A program made the position numbers and the translations under genes. From positions 1,160,679 to 1,224,678 of the forward strand of contig JBFWJC010000001.1 of the NCBI GenBank assembly GCA_050253415.1: a DNA stretch of 64,000 bases, written 5' to 3'. The notes beneath the pieces are model-generated. The model searched no databases. It had not been told where the DNA came from and saw nothing but the letters and a program-made list of their open reading frames with translations. Below, in pieces: positions 10,982 to 19,536 of this stretch; position 1 is the first letter of the stretch; every line of letters begins with the position of its first letter. The DNA is from Pedobacter sp. (GTDB lineage: Bacteria; Desulfobacterota; Desulfuromonadia; Desulfuromonadales; Syntrophotaleaceae).

Positions 10982-11872
10982 TTAGAGACCGGTTTCTGCA
11001 AGTTTCTCAAGTAGCTCTTTCTGTTCGTTGGTGATTTTTTTAGGCACGGCAATTTCGATAATTGCAAACAGGTCCCCAGCCTTATTACGACCGTGCGCCG
11101 GTACTCCGAACCCTTTCAATCGGAGTTTTCCGCCGCTGGCTATGCCGGCGGGAACCTTGACCCGTTTTTCTTCGTTCAGGGTTGCAACCTCTACGGTGGT
11201 ACCCAGGCAAGCGCCGCTGAAAGGAATTTGTACCGTCACATAGAGGTCACGGCCCTCGCGGGTGAAGCGGCTATCCGGATCGACCTTGATCTCCAGGAAC
11301 AGATCGCCGCGTGGCCCACCTGTGGGGCTTGAGCCACCCTTGCCGGCAACCCGCAATCGCTGTCCCGATTCGACGCCTGGTGGAATATTGACCTGCAGGT
11401 GTTCAACGCCATCCTCTCCGCGAAAGTCGACGCGCCGCTGGTCCCCAAGAACCGCCTGGCGGAAAGGTAGGTTGAGGTGCATGACATAATCCTGGCCCTT
11501 GACCGCGCGAGGTCGGCCGCCCTGGAAAAATGACTGCCCTCGGCCTCCACCGAACACGCGACCGAAAATATCATTGGTGTCGAAGCCGAATTCGCGGAAC
11601 ATATCACCGACATCGAAGTTACGGTAGATATCTTCCTGGCTGAAGCGTTGGTGAAAGCCTGATTCGCCAAACTGGTCATACTGGCGGCGTTTGTCGGCAT
11701 CGGAAAGAACGGCGTAAGCTTCCGTGATCTCCTTGAAATGCTCCTCGGCCTGCTTGTCACCAGGGTTCTTGTCCGGGTGATATTTAAGTGCAAGTTTGCG
11801 GTAAGCCTTTTTGATCGTATCGGTATCGGCGTCTTTGCCGACGCCCAAAATGGCATAGTAGTCTTTGGCCAT
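10982..11872 (-). CDS. class II DnaJ/CbpA-type co-chaperone
   Basis: J-domain with HPD, DnaJ C-terminal domain, no zinc finger. Confidence 0.92.
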   Translation of the reverse strand: MAKDYYAILGVGKDADTDTIKKAYRKLALKYHPDKNPGDKQAEEHFKEITEAYAVLSDADKRRQYDQFGESGFHQRFSQEDIYRNFDVGDMFREFGFDTNDIFGRVFGGGRGQSFFQGGRPRAVKGQDYVMHLNLPFRQAVLGDQRRVDFRGEDGVEHLQVNIPPGVESGQRLRVAGKGGSSPTGGPRGDLFLEIKVDPDSRFTREGRDLYVTVQIPFSGACLGTTVEVATLNEEKRVKVPAGIASGGKLRLKGFGVPAHGRNKAGDLFAIIEIAVPKKITNEQKELLEKLAETGL

Positions 11873-12001
11873 GATTTCTCCTGAGTGAAAAGTCAATATC
11901 AGCTTAGGTAATATAAGTAGCTCAAGGGGGCGCGTCAAGGTATCCGTTTCGCAGGCAGGGCAGTGAACCATTGTAACGCTTGAATGTAGAAGGGATCTCC
12001 A

Positions 12002-13408
12002 ATGAAAATAACCGTTGTCGGAGCTGGGATTTCCGGCCTTGCCACGGCCTTTGCAATCGAGCAGGGTGCACGACAGCTCGGATTGGATGTGACGCTCGAT
12101 ATTTTCGAAAAAAATGACTGTCCCGGTGGCAAGATTCGCTCCGAAAAGGTGGGTGGTTATCTGTGTGAGTGGGGGCCCAATGGCTTTCTCGATAGTAAGC
12201 CAATGACCCTCGATCTGTGTCGCGAGGCCGATCTGGCGGCACAGTTGCTGCGCTCCAACGATGCGGCCCGTAAACGTTTTATTTTCTCCGGTGACAGTCT
12301 GCAGCGGGTACCCGAGTCGGCGTCGGATTTTTTTCGATCTTCCCTGGTGTCATGGCCTGGTAAATTGCGTCTGGCAGCGGAATTGGCCGTGCCGCGTCGC
12401 AAAGACGGTGTGGACGAGACTCTTGCCGATTTTGTACGCCGGAGACTGGGGCGTGAGGCACTCGATCAAATGGTCGGGCCCATGGCTTCCGGCATCTTTG
12501 CCGGAGATCCGGAGACCATGAGTCTGCGCAGTTGTTTTCCCCGTATTTATGAGCTGGAACAGCAATACGGCGGGCTGATACGTGCGCTGTTACTGTTGGC
12601 AAGGCAGAAGCGTATTGAACGTCGGGCCGGCAAGACTGTTGCCGGGGCAGCTGGCCCAGGTGGAATCCTTACCTCCTTTGTCGGGGGGATACAAGAGTTA
12701 ACCGATGGGCTGGCCCGGCACCTCGAAGGGAGCCTGCGCCTTGGCGATGCGGTGGCGTCGATCACGCCGTCGAAAGAAGGTTTTTCTCTTCGTACCCGGG
12801 GAGGACGTGTCCATGAAACCGAGGTTCTGATATCTGCCGTGCCGGCCATGGTACTGGCTTCACAAGTGGAATCTTTCTCGGTCGGTATGGCAGAACAATT
12901 GAGACAGATACCCTACGCTCCGCTGCACGTGGTATGTTTTGGATATAAACGTGAATCCGTACCGAGGGAGGTTGACGGATTCGGTTACCTTGCAGCGCAA
13001 GGTTCTGGATTGCATAGTCTCGGAACTTTATGGTCTTCCAGTATTTTCCCGGGAAGGGCCCCCGAGGGTCATGTGTTGCTGCGGACCATGCTTGGCGGTG
13101 CGACGCGGCCCGAGTCGGCAAATCTTAGCTGCGACGAAGTTCAGCAGCGTGTCCAGGATGATTTGCGGCGCACAATGGATATAAAGCAACTGCCTGAATT
13201 TGTAAATATAATCCGCCATACAGCGGCTATTCCTCAATATGTGTCCGGTCATACAGAGCGTCTGAGATCCCTTGAAGATCGCGCGCTGGAATATCCGGGG
13301 CTGATTCTTGTCGGTAATGCGTTTTATGGTGTCGGCCTTAATGATTGCGTCGCTGCCGCTAATCGCGCTGCAAAACGTGTGCTTGCGCTGTTGCAGAAGC
13401 GCAGATAG
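12002..13408 (+). CDS. hemY: HemY-type (proto/copro)porphyrinogen oxidase
   Basis: GAGISG FAD-binding motif, [16 protein letters not shown]. Confidence 0.93.
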   Translation: MKITVVGAGISGLATAFAIEQGARQLGLDVTLDIFEKNDCPGGKIRSEKVGGYLCEWGPNGFLDSKPMTLDLCREADLAAQLLRSNDAARKRFIFSGDSLQRVPESASDFFRSSLVSWPGKLRLAAELAVPRRKDGVDETLADFVRRRLGREALDQMVGPMASGIFAGDPETMSLRSCFPRIYELEQQYGGLIRALLLLARQKRIERRAGKTVAGAAGPGGILTSFVGGIQELTDGLARHLEGSLRLGDAVASITPSKEGFSLRTRGGRVHETEVLISAVPAMVLASQVESFSVGMAEQLRQIPYAPLHVVCFGYKRESVPREVDGFGYLAAQGSGLHSLGTLWSSSIFPGRAPEGHVLLRTMLGGATRPESANLSCDEVQQRVQDDLRRTMDIKQLPEFVNIIRHTAAIPQYVSGHTERLRSLEDRALEYPGLILVGNAFYGVGLNDCVAAANRAAKRVLALLQKRR

Positions 13409-13544
13409 TATGCGGTTATACTCATAGCTTTGTGATCCTCCATTTAACTTTTGCTTTCCGGCATGGCATTTGCTGTCCAATGGGAGGCAATAAACAAAAG
13501 GCCTGTCAGTGATACGATAGTCAGGTCATGTAGTGAGAATATTG

Positions 13545-14387
13545 ATGATCAAGTGGTTTCCAGGACATATGCACAGTGCTCGGAAGCAGATTTCCGAGGC
13601 TATGCCGAAAATCGACCTTGTTATTGAGGTGCTTGATGCGCGACTGCCGCTGGCCAGCAGTAATGCGCTTTTGACCGAATTGCGTGGTACCAAGCCCTGT
13701 ATAAAGGTTTTAAACAAAAGTGATTTGGCCGACCCTGCGGTCACGGCAGAGTGGGTGCGTTATTTTGAAAATAGCGACAAGGGGATTAAGGCCCTTGCCA
13801 TAACTGCAACGGGGAAGGGCGAGGCGACACGACTGACCCGTCTGAGTCGTAGTCTGGTGCCTCATCGTGGTGGTCCCGGCAAACCCTTACGTATACTCAT
13901 CGTCGGGATTCCCAATGTGGGAAAATCGACCCTTATCAATACGTTGTGCGGGCGCAGAATTGCCAAGGTCGGGGATAGGCCTGCCATTACCCGGAGTTCT
14001 CAGCAAGTCGATTTGCGCAACGGGATCTTCCTGTACGATACTCCGGGGGTGCTGGCGCCCAATCTTGAAGATCAGCGGGGAGCTATGTGTCTGGCCGTCA
14101 CAGGGGCTATCGGGGACAATGCGATGGATCACGAGCAGGTTGCGGCTTTTGCCGGCGATTTTTTACTGGAGCGTTATCCCCAGCAGCTTGTCGAACGTTA
14201 TAAGTTGAAGACTGTGCCGGAAAATGGTGCGTTTCTCATCGAAGAAGTTGGTCGTCGCCGGGGCTGTCTGGCCCCCGGTGGTGTCGTCGATAGGCAACGA
14301 GCTGCCGAGCTTTTGCTGAACGATTTGCAAGGTGGTCGTCTGGGGCGCCTTAGTATGGAAACCCAGTCTGATATCGTAGAAGAATAA
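13545..14387 (+). CDS. ylqF: ribosome biogenesis GTPase YlqF/RbgA
   Basis: WFPGHM, DARLP, NKSDL, GIPNVGKS, DTPG in circularly permuted order. Confidence 0.95.
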   Translation: MIKWFPGHMHSARKQISEAMPKIDLVIEVLDARLPLASSNALLTELRGTKPCIKVLNKSDLADPAVTAEWVRYFENSDKGIKALAITATGKGEATRLTRLSRSLVPHRGGPGKPLRILIVGIPNVGKSTLINTLCGRRIAKVGDRPAITRSSQQVDLRNGIFLYDTPGVLAPNLEDQRGAMCLAVTGAIGDNAMDHEQVAAFAGDFLLERYPQQLVERYKLKTVPENGAFLIEEVGRRRGCLAPGGVVDRQRAAELLLNDLQGGRLGRLSMETQSDIVEE

Positions 14388-14550
14388 GCATTTTTGGCGG
14401 AATCCGCACCCTCTTCGCCATGAACGACATACGGTGCAGAAGGAGAATCTAGGCCGGGTCTAATAAAACATATTTACAAGCCATGTATGCCAAAGGTAGT
14501 CTGACCATCTATTGATTCAAACAGTCATTTTTACGCATGGAGGTTATGCA

Positions 14551-15261
14551 ATGAAACGTACAATGAAAAATTCCCTGGCCTTTGCGGCTGCGTTGCTCGT
14601 GATTGGCGGATGTACCGGCAAAGAGCAGGCTGCTGTGAAGATGGAATCACTCCAGGACAAGGTAAGCTACGGGATAGGGTTGCGCATCGGGCGGGATTTC
14701 AAAACGCAACAGGTTGAGTTGAATCCAGATCTTCTTCTTAAAGGCATTGAAGACGGTTTGGCTGGCACCGACCCCTTGTTGAATGATGAACAGATTCGGG
14801 AAACCATGGTTGCTTTTCAACAGGAAATGATGGCTCGCGAAAAGACCCGCCTTGAAGAAGCAACCGTCAAAAATGCGGAAGCTGGCAAAAAATACATGGA
14901 AGAAAACGCTGCAAAAGAGGGCGTTGTCACCTTGCCCAGCGGTTTGCAGTACAAGGTCCTCACTGAAGGCACCGGCAAACAACCTACGGCCAGCGATATC
15001 GTTAAGGTTCATTATCGTGGGACTTTGGTTGATGGCACGGAATTCGATAGTTCCTACTCGCGCAATGAACCTGCCGAATTCCCCGTTGGTGGCGTCATCC
15101 CGGGCTGGACGGAAGCTCTGCAACTTATGAAGGAAGGTTCAAAGTGGCAACTGGTGTTGCCCCCGGCTCTGGCGTATGGAGAGCGGGGAGCTGGTCCGAG
15201 TATTGGCCCCAATGCTACTCTGGTTTTTGAAGTAGAACTGCTGGAAGTTAAGGCTCAGTAA
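14551..15261 (+). CDS. FKBP-type peptidyl-prolyl isomerase (FkpA/Mip-like), probable lipoprotein
   Basis: Lipobox-like IGGC, SGLQY, VHYRG, FDSS, VIPGW, FEVEL. Confidence 0.95.
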   Translation: MKRTMKNSLAFAAALLVIGGCTGKEQAAVKMESLQDKVSYGIGLRIGRDFKTQQVELNPDLLLKGIEDGLAGTDPLLNDEQIRETMVAFQQEMMAREKTRLEEATVKNAEAGKKYMEENAAKEGVVTLPSGLQYKVLTEGTGKQPTASDIVKVHYRGTLVDGTEFDSSYSRNEPAEFPVGGVIPGWTEALQLMKEGSKWQLVLPPALAYGERGAGPSIGPNATLVFEVELLEVKAQ

Positions 15262-15311
15262 AACGCGCCTTGCATTTCTTGTGCGCTAGGCGGGTGATCC
15301 GCCAAGAATTT

Positions 15312-15360
15312 AAACAAGCAAAACCCCCGGATCAAATCTGCCGGGGGTTTTGCTTGTTTT
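15312..15360 (+). terminator. intrinsic terminator
   Basis: aaacaagcaaaacccccgg / ccgggggttttgcttgttt long inverted repeat. Confidence 0.85.
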
Positions 15361-15506
15361 GGGTGTTCGCTCGTTGGGAGTGTGGGGCTACGGTAGAGCC
15401 TGGAAGGTCTGCAGCGAATAAACTGTATCAGGTTAAACCGTGAATGGGCTCGTTAAGGTGTTTTCGTTCTATTTTGAAAAATCCATTACTTGAAAGCGTT
15501 TAAGGC

Positions 15507-15535
15507 TTGCAATTAAAATTTTTCCGTGATAGGGT
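15507..15535 (+). promoter_or_regulatory. putative sigma70 promoter of csp copy 1
   Basis: TTGCAA-17-TAGGGT with extended TGn, immediately before the duplicated leader. Confidence 0.5.
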
Positions 15536-15541
15536 GCCCTC

Positions 15542-15696
15542 ACTTAAGAAAGTTTGTGTGAATCTTGAGTCGTTCACCAGGTTGACAAGGTGTCAGTCTG
15601 GATCAAAAACACAGGCCTGAATGGGCGTGTGTTTTTGTTTTTTTGACGAGCGGAATTTGCGCAGAAAAATCCCCACAGGGGAACATGGAGAAAAAA
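15542..15696 (+). promoter_or_regulatory. structured csp 5' leader, copy 1
   Basis: Homologous to 17057-17217, with conserved stems. Confidence 0.65.
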
Positions 15697-15897
15697 ATGG
15701 CAGAAGGTACAGTAAAATGGTTTAACGACGCAAAAGGTTTTGGTTTTATCGAGCAGGACAACGGACCCGATGTGTTTGTTCATTTTTCCGAAATTCAGGG
15801 TGAAGGTTTTAAATCCCTCGCCGAAGGCGACCGCGTAAGCTTTGAGGTGACCCAGGGTCAAAAAGGCCCCCAGTCATCCAATGTACGCAAAATCTAA
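15697..15897 (+). CDS. cold-shock protein (CspA family), copy 1
   Basis: GTVKWFN, KGFGFI (RNP1), VFVHF (RNP2). 66 aa. Confidence 0.97.
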   Translation: MAEGTVKWFNDAKGFGFIEQDNGPDVFVHFSEIQGEGFKSLAEGDRVSFEVTQGQKGPQSSNVRKI

Positions 15898-15918
15898 GTA
15901 ATATTTGCATCAATTTGT

Positions 15919-15957
15919 AAAAGAGCCCCGCGAGAATTCGCGGGGCTCTTTTTTTTT
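15919..15957 (+). terminator. intrinsic terminator of csp copy 1
   Basis: aagagccccgcga-ga-a-ttcgcggggctctt followed by a T-run. Confidence 0.9.
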
Positions 15958-16125
15958 GCCGTTTACACAGATATGCCTATTTACGGGGTCCGGATAAAAT
16001 AAGTCATTAAACATCGCGCCAAACATTGTCAATGCAGGAAGACAAGAGGAGGTGGATGCAAGTGGTATGTGAAGAGCAGGGCGGTCTTAGCGAGGGGGGT
16101 GCGTCAAAACAAAAGTAGCGATCGG

Positions 16126-16530
16126 TTACTTGCAGCGCATGGTTTTTTTGCCATCCTCAAATAATACCTCCATTTTTTGTGCTCCGATAACACGTTGTAC
16201 CAGACCCAGTCCGAAAACAGGATGATTTATGAGGGCTTTGACCTTGTAGGAATCTGTCATGGAATAGTCTGATGCTTTAGCGCTATTCATGGTTTCCTGC
16301 AAGATTACCCACTCCTGGTGCTCTGCATCTTTGAGTTGGTCTGCTCGGCTCACAGCAGGTTTTTTTATTGCCGATGGTGGCCGATATTTGTGCTGACGAT
16401 TGCAAACGGTGCATTGCACTTTATCGGGGCCGGTTTCGGACATGGTGATGATGATGTGGGAATTGTTTTTGCGACATTTGGTGCAGCGGGCTTCGATTGA
16501 GTCGCCGGCCGAAAGCGTAGTGCTTTGCAT
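16126..16530 (-). CDS. hypothetical protein: N-terminal zinc ribbon plus C-terminal Tudor-like motif
   Basis: CTKC...CTVC..H, then HPVFGLGLV...EVLFEDG. AGGAG RBS upstream. Confidence 0.75.
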   Translation of the reverse strand: MQSTTLSAGDSIEARCTKCRKNNSHIIITMSETGPDKVQCTVCNRQHKYRPPSAIKKPAVSRADQLKDAEHQEWVILQETMNSAKASDYSMTDSYKVKALINHPVFGLGLVQRVIGAQKMEVLFEDGKKTMRCK

Positions 16531-17020
16531 AGCGGTACTCCTTTGCTTGACTTTAGCCAAGCTATTTCCGGTAAATACCAGGGAGATCGCTGGATTTTAC
16601 AGGATGGCATAACACGTGGCGTGGCTTAATTCGCAGCGCACATCCACTGAGGCTCTTCGCTTCGCAACGCTATCTCCTTGCAAATGGAAGGACGGTGGGG
16701 CTTTAGCAGTTGAATATTAAATCAATCTGCATCATATACCTTTGCCGGGATAAAAGATACCCAGTGCTAAAATCTTGTTGTATATCGTATTTAAATAGTC
16801 AAAAAATGTTATGAGTTGTGACCATGAGTGGTTTTTTCAGTATGAAAAATAATGTCGAAGTGCTGTTTTAGTTGGTTGTAAAGAGGGGGGGAGGAGCGCT
16901 GCATGCAGCATTGTTTCGCTTGCTATAACGAATATTCCAGATGAGTCACGCACAAGGCAAACTGGTTATCCGATGCAGGGGGATGATCTGGATATTTATT
17001 GCTTGCATGACATTTAAGCC

Positions 17021-17050
17021 TTGCTCTTTCTTTCCCTGCTGTGTTACAGT
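17021..17050 (+). promoter_or_regulatory. putative sigma70 promoter of csp copy 2
   Basis: TTGCTC-18-TACAGT with extended TGn, in the same position relative to the leader as copy 1. Confidence 0.45.
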
Positions 17051-17056
17051 TACCGA

Positions 17057-17217
17057 ACTTAGGAAAGTTTGTGTGAGTGTTTTCGTCGCTCGCCAGTTTG
17101 ACAAGGTGTCAACATGGTTCAAAACACGCGGACCCACTTGGGCTGTGTGTTTTTTTATTTTGGGCGAACGAGATTTGCACAACAAAAAAAGTTCCCACAG
17201 GGGAACATGGAGTTAAA
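17057..17217 (+). promoter_or_regulatory. structured csp 5' leader, copy 2
   Basis: Homologous to 15542-15696, with conserved stems. Confidence 0.65.
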
Positions 17218-17418
17218 ATGGCAGAAGGTACAGTTAAGTGGTTTAATGACGCAAAAGGTTTTGGTTTTATCGAGCAGGATAACGGACCTGATGTGTTTGT
17301 TCATTTTTCCGAAATTCAGGGCGACGGTTTTAAATCTCTTGCTGAGGGGGACCGCGTAAGCTTCGAAGTCACCCAAGGCCAGAAAGGCCCCCAGTCGGCT
17401 AACGTACGCCGCATTTAA
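17218..17418 (+). CDS. cold-shock protein (CspA family), copy 2
   Basis: 66 aa. Differs from copy 1 at 3 residues. Confidence 0.97.
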   Translation: MAEGTVKWFNDAKGFGFIEQDNGPDVFVHFSEIQGDGFKSLAEGDRVSFEVTQGQKGPQSANVRRI

Positions 17419-17442
17419 GTAAGACTTTGCATTAACGTGCAT

Positions 17443-17479
17443 AAGAGCCCCGCGGGATTTCGTGGGGCTCTTTTTTTTT
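17443..17479 (+). terminator. intrinsic terminator of csp copy 2
   Basis: aagagccccgcgg..cgtggggctctt followed by a T-run, homologous to the copy 1 terminator. Confidence 0.9.
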
Positions 17480-17557
17480 GATAACAAGTACGTCTATCCA
17501 ATAACGTCTATTCTGCTTTTCATCATAAGCGGATTAGCTTTTAGAAAGGATAATTCG

Positions 17558-17683
17558 ATGGCAAGAAAACCAAATTACGGCTTTGAAAAGCGTCAAAAGG
17601 AACTTGCAAAAAAAGCCAAAAAAGAGGAGAAAAATAAGCGTAAGCAGGATGAAAAGTCCCCAGACGCCCCCGACGAAGAGTAG
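17558..17683 (+). CDS. small Lys/Glu-rich protein (41 aa)
   Basis: AAGGA RBS, MARKPNYGFEKRQKELAKK... Confidence 0.6.
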   Translation: MARKPNYGFEKRQKELAKKAKKEEKNKRKQDEKSPDAPDEE

Positions 17684-18162
17684 TTGACCCGGTCTCTAAA
17701 TATGGAGGGGAGCCTCTTTGTTTTGTAGTGAAATGCTATTTTTCGGGAAGATCTTGCTTGCTGCATCCACAAAGAAAAGTCAGGGGTGGGGCTAGAAGTG
17801 TTCATTTAACGTTTTCTTGTGTTCTGGGCCCTTATAGTGCCGTACTTGAGCTTTGATGGTGATGGCTAAATATTTCATACGATGATGCGGATTTCTTATT
17901 CCTTCCCATTCCCAAGGGGGCTTGAGTGACCTTGCCCGTGCAGGTTCTTTGTTACGCCGAGCATAAATTAAGGTCCGGGGGTGTAAATCTTTTGTCTTTC
18001 TTTTAGAAAACAACCACCTGTCTCCGGTGGAAGAGTCTTCTCCACCCCCTATGAGGGCCATATTATAGGGTTCGGTAGATCATCCTTTCGGCCATAGGTA
18101 TTCCTCGTAAATCCAAAACCAGAAGCTCCGGTATCAGAAGCTGAAATGCCGTTTTTGACGGC

Positions 18163-19530
18163 TTACTTTTTCGGTTCTATCCCGTATGATTTTATCTTGC
18201 GATGCAGGTTGGATCGTTCCATTTCGATGGCTTCCGCGGTACGTGAGATGTTGCCCTCGTTTTCCTGCAGTTTTTGCAAAATGAACTCCCTTTCAAAATC
18301 GTCCCTTGCCTGTTTAAGACTCACGCCGTTTGCGGGCAGGTAGGGCTTGGCTCCGGAGTCGCGATTACCACTTCTTTGAATGCTGCTGGGGAGGTCTTCA
18401 AAGCCGATGGTCTGCCGAGGACTCATAATAACCAGGCGTTCGACGATATTTTTCAGCTCTCGAACGTTGCCAGGCCAGTTGTACGCCGTCAGTGCCTCGA
18501 TGGCATCCTGCTCCAGGGTCTTTATTTCCCTGCTTTCCTTGCTGCAAAAATAAGCGAGAAAGTGTTTTGCCAACAAGGGGATGTCTTCGCTGCGATCGCG
18601 CAGAGGGGGGACATGGAAGGGGAGTACATTGAGGCGGTAATAGAGATCCTGTCGGAAATTTCCCTCCTGAATCTCCTCTTCAAGATCCTTATTGGTGGCC
18701 GCAATAACCCGTACATCAACTTCAATGGTGCGATTCCCGCCTACCCGTTCGAATTTCCGCTCTTGCAGGATACGCAGAATTTTCGCTTGCGTCTTGAGGC
18801 TCATATCGCCAATTTCGTCCAGGAACAGACTGCCTTCGTGAGCTTGGTCGAATTTACCTTTACGTTGAGCGGTGGCGCCTGTAAACGCACCTTTTTCGTG
18901 ACCGAAAAGTTCCGACTCGATTAATTCCTCGGGGATCGCTGCGCAGTTGACCTCGACAAAGGGTTTATCGCTTCTTTTTGAGTAGTGATGAATAGCACGT
19001 GCCACCAGTTCTTTGCCTGTTCCGTTTTCGCCGGTGATGAGAACCCATCCGGAGGTTGGTGCGGCGATGGCAATCTGCTCCTTGAGGTTTTGTATGGCCG
19101 CACTGCAGCCAACCATTTCGTATTCCTTGGCCATTTTGGCTTTTAGCGATCGGTTTTCCTCGACCAGTCGATTTACCTTGAGCGCATTTTCGATGCTGAT
19201 TAGAACCTTCTCCAGGGACAGTGGCTTTTCGATAAAGTCGTAAGCGCCAAGCTTTGTGGCTTTGACAGCTGTTTCGATAGTTCCGTGGCCGCTCATCATG
19301 ATGACCACCTGTTCCTGATGGTTTTCGCGGATACGGCGCAGGGTTTCAAGTCCATCGATGCCAGGGAGCCAGATGTCGAGCAGCACCAGATCCGGGGTTT
19401 CCTCGCCGAGCATGGCCAGCGCTTCCTCCCCTGTTTCTGCAACCAGGGTACGGAACCCCTCGTCTTGCAGGATGCCGTCGAGGCTTTCCCGGATGCTTTG
19501 TTCGTCGTCCACGATCAAAATGGTTTTCAT
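18163..19530 (-). CDS. ntrX: sigma54-dependent response regulator, NtrX-like
   Basis: Receiver domain, GENGTGKE, intact GAFTGA, Fis-type HTH. Directly follows the NtrY-like kinase. Confidence 0.85.
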   Translation of the reverse strand: MKTILIVDDEQSIRESLDGILQDEGFRTLVAETGEEALAMLGEETPDLVLLDIWLPGIDGLETLRRIRENHQEQVVIMMSGHGTIETAVKATKLGAYDFIEKPLSLEKVLISIENALKVNRLVEENRSLKAKMAKEYEMVGCSAAIQNLKEQIAIAAPTSGWVLITGENGTGKELVARAIHHYSKRSDKPFVEVNCAAIPEELIESELFGHEKGAFTGATAQRKGKFDQAHEGSLFLDEIGDMSLKTQAKILRILQERKFERVGGNRTIEVDVRVIAATNKDLEEEIQEGNFRQDLYYRLNVLPFHVPPLRDRSEDIPLLAKHFLAYFCSKESREIKTLEQDAIEALTAYNWPGNVRELKNIVERLVIMSPRQTIGFEDLPSSIQRSGNRDSGAKPYLPANGVSLKQARDDFEREFILQKLQENEGNISRTAEAIEMERSNLHRKIKSYGIEPKK

Positions 19531-19536
19531 GTATGG

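Noticed and set aside
17700..18160. Short ORFs and a hairpin in the spacer before the ntrX-like stop codon
   Set aside because: No RBS or motif support; the small hairpin at ~18026-18046 is not diagnostic
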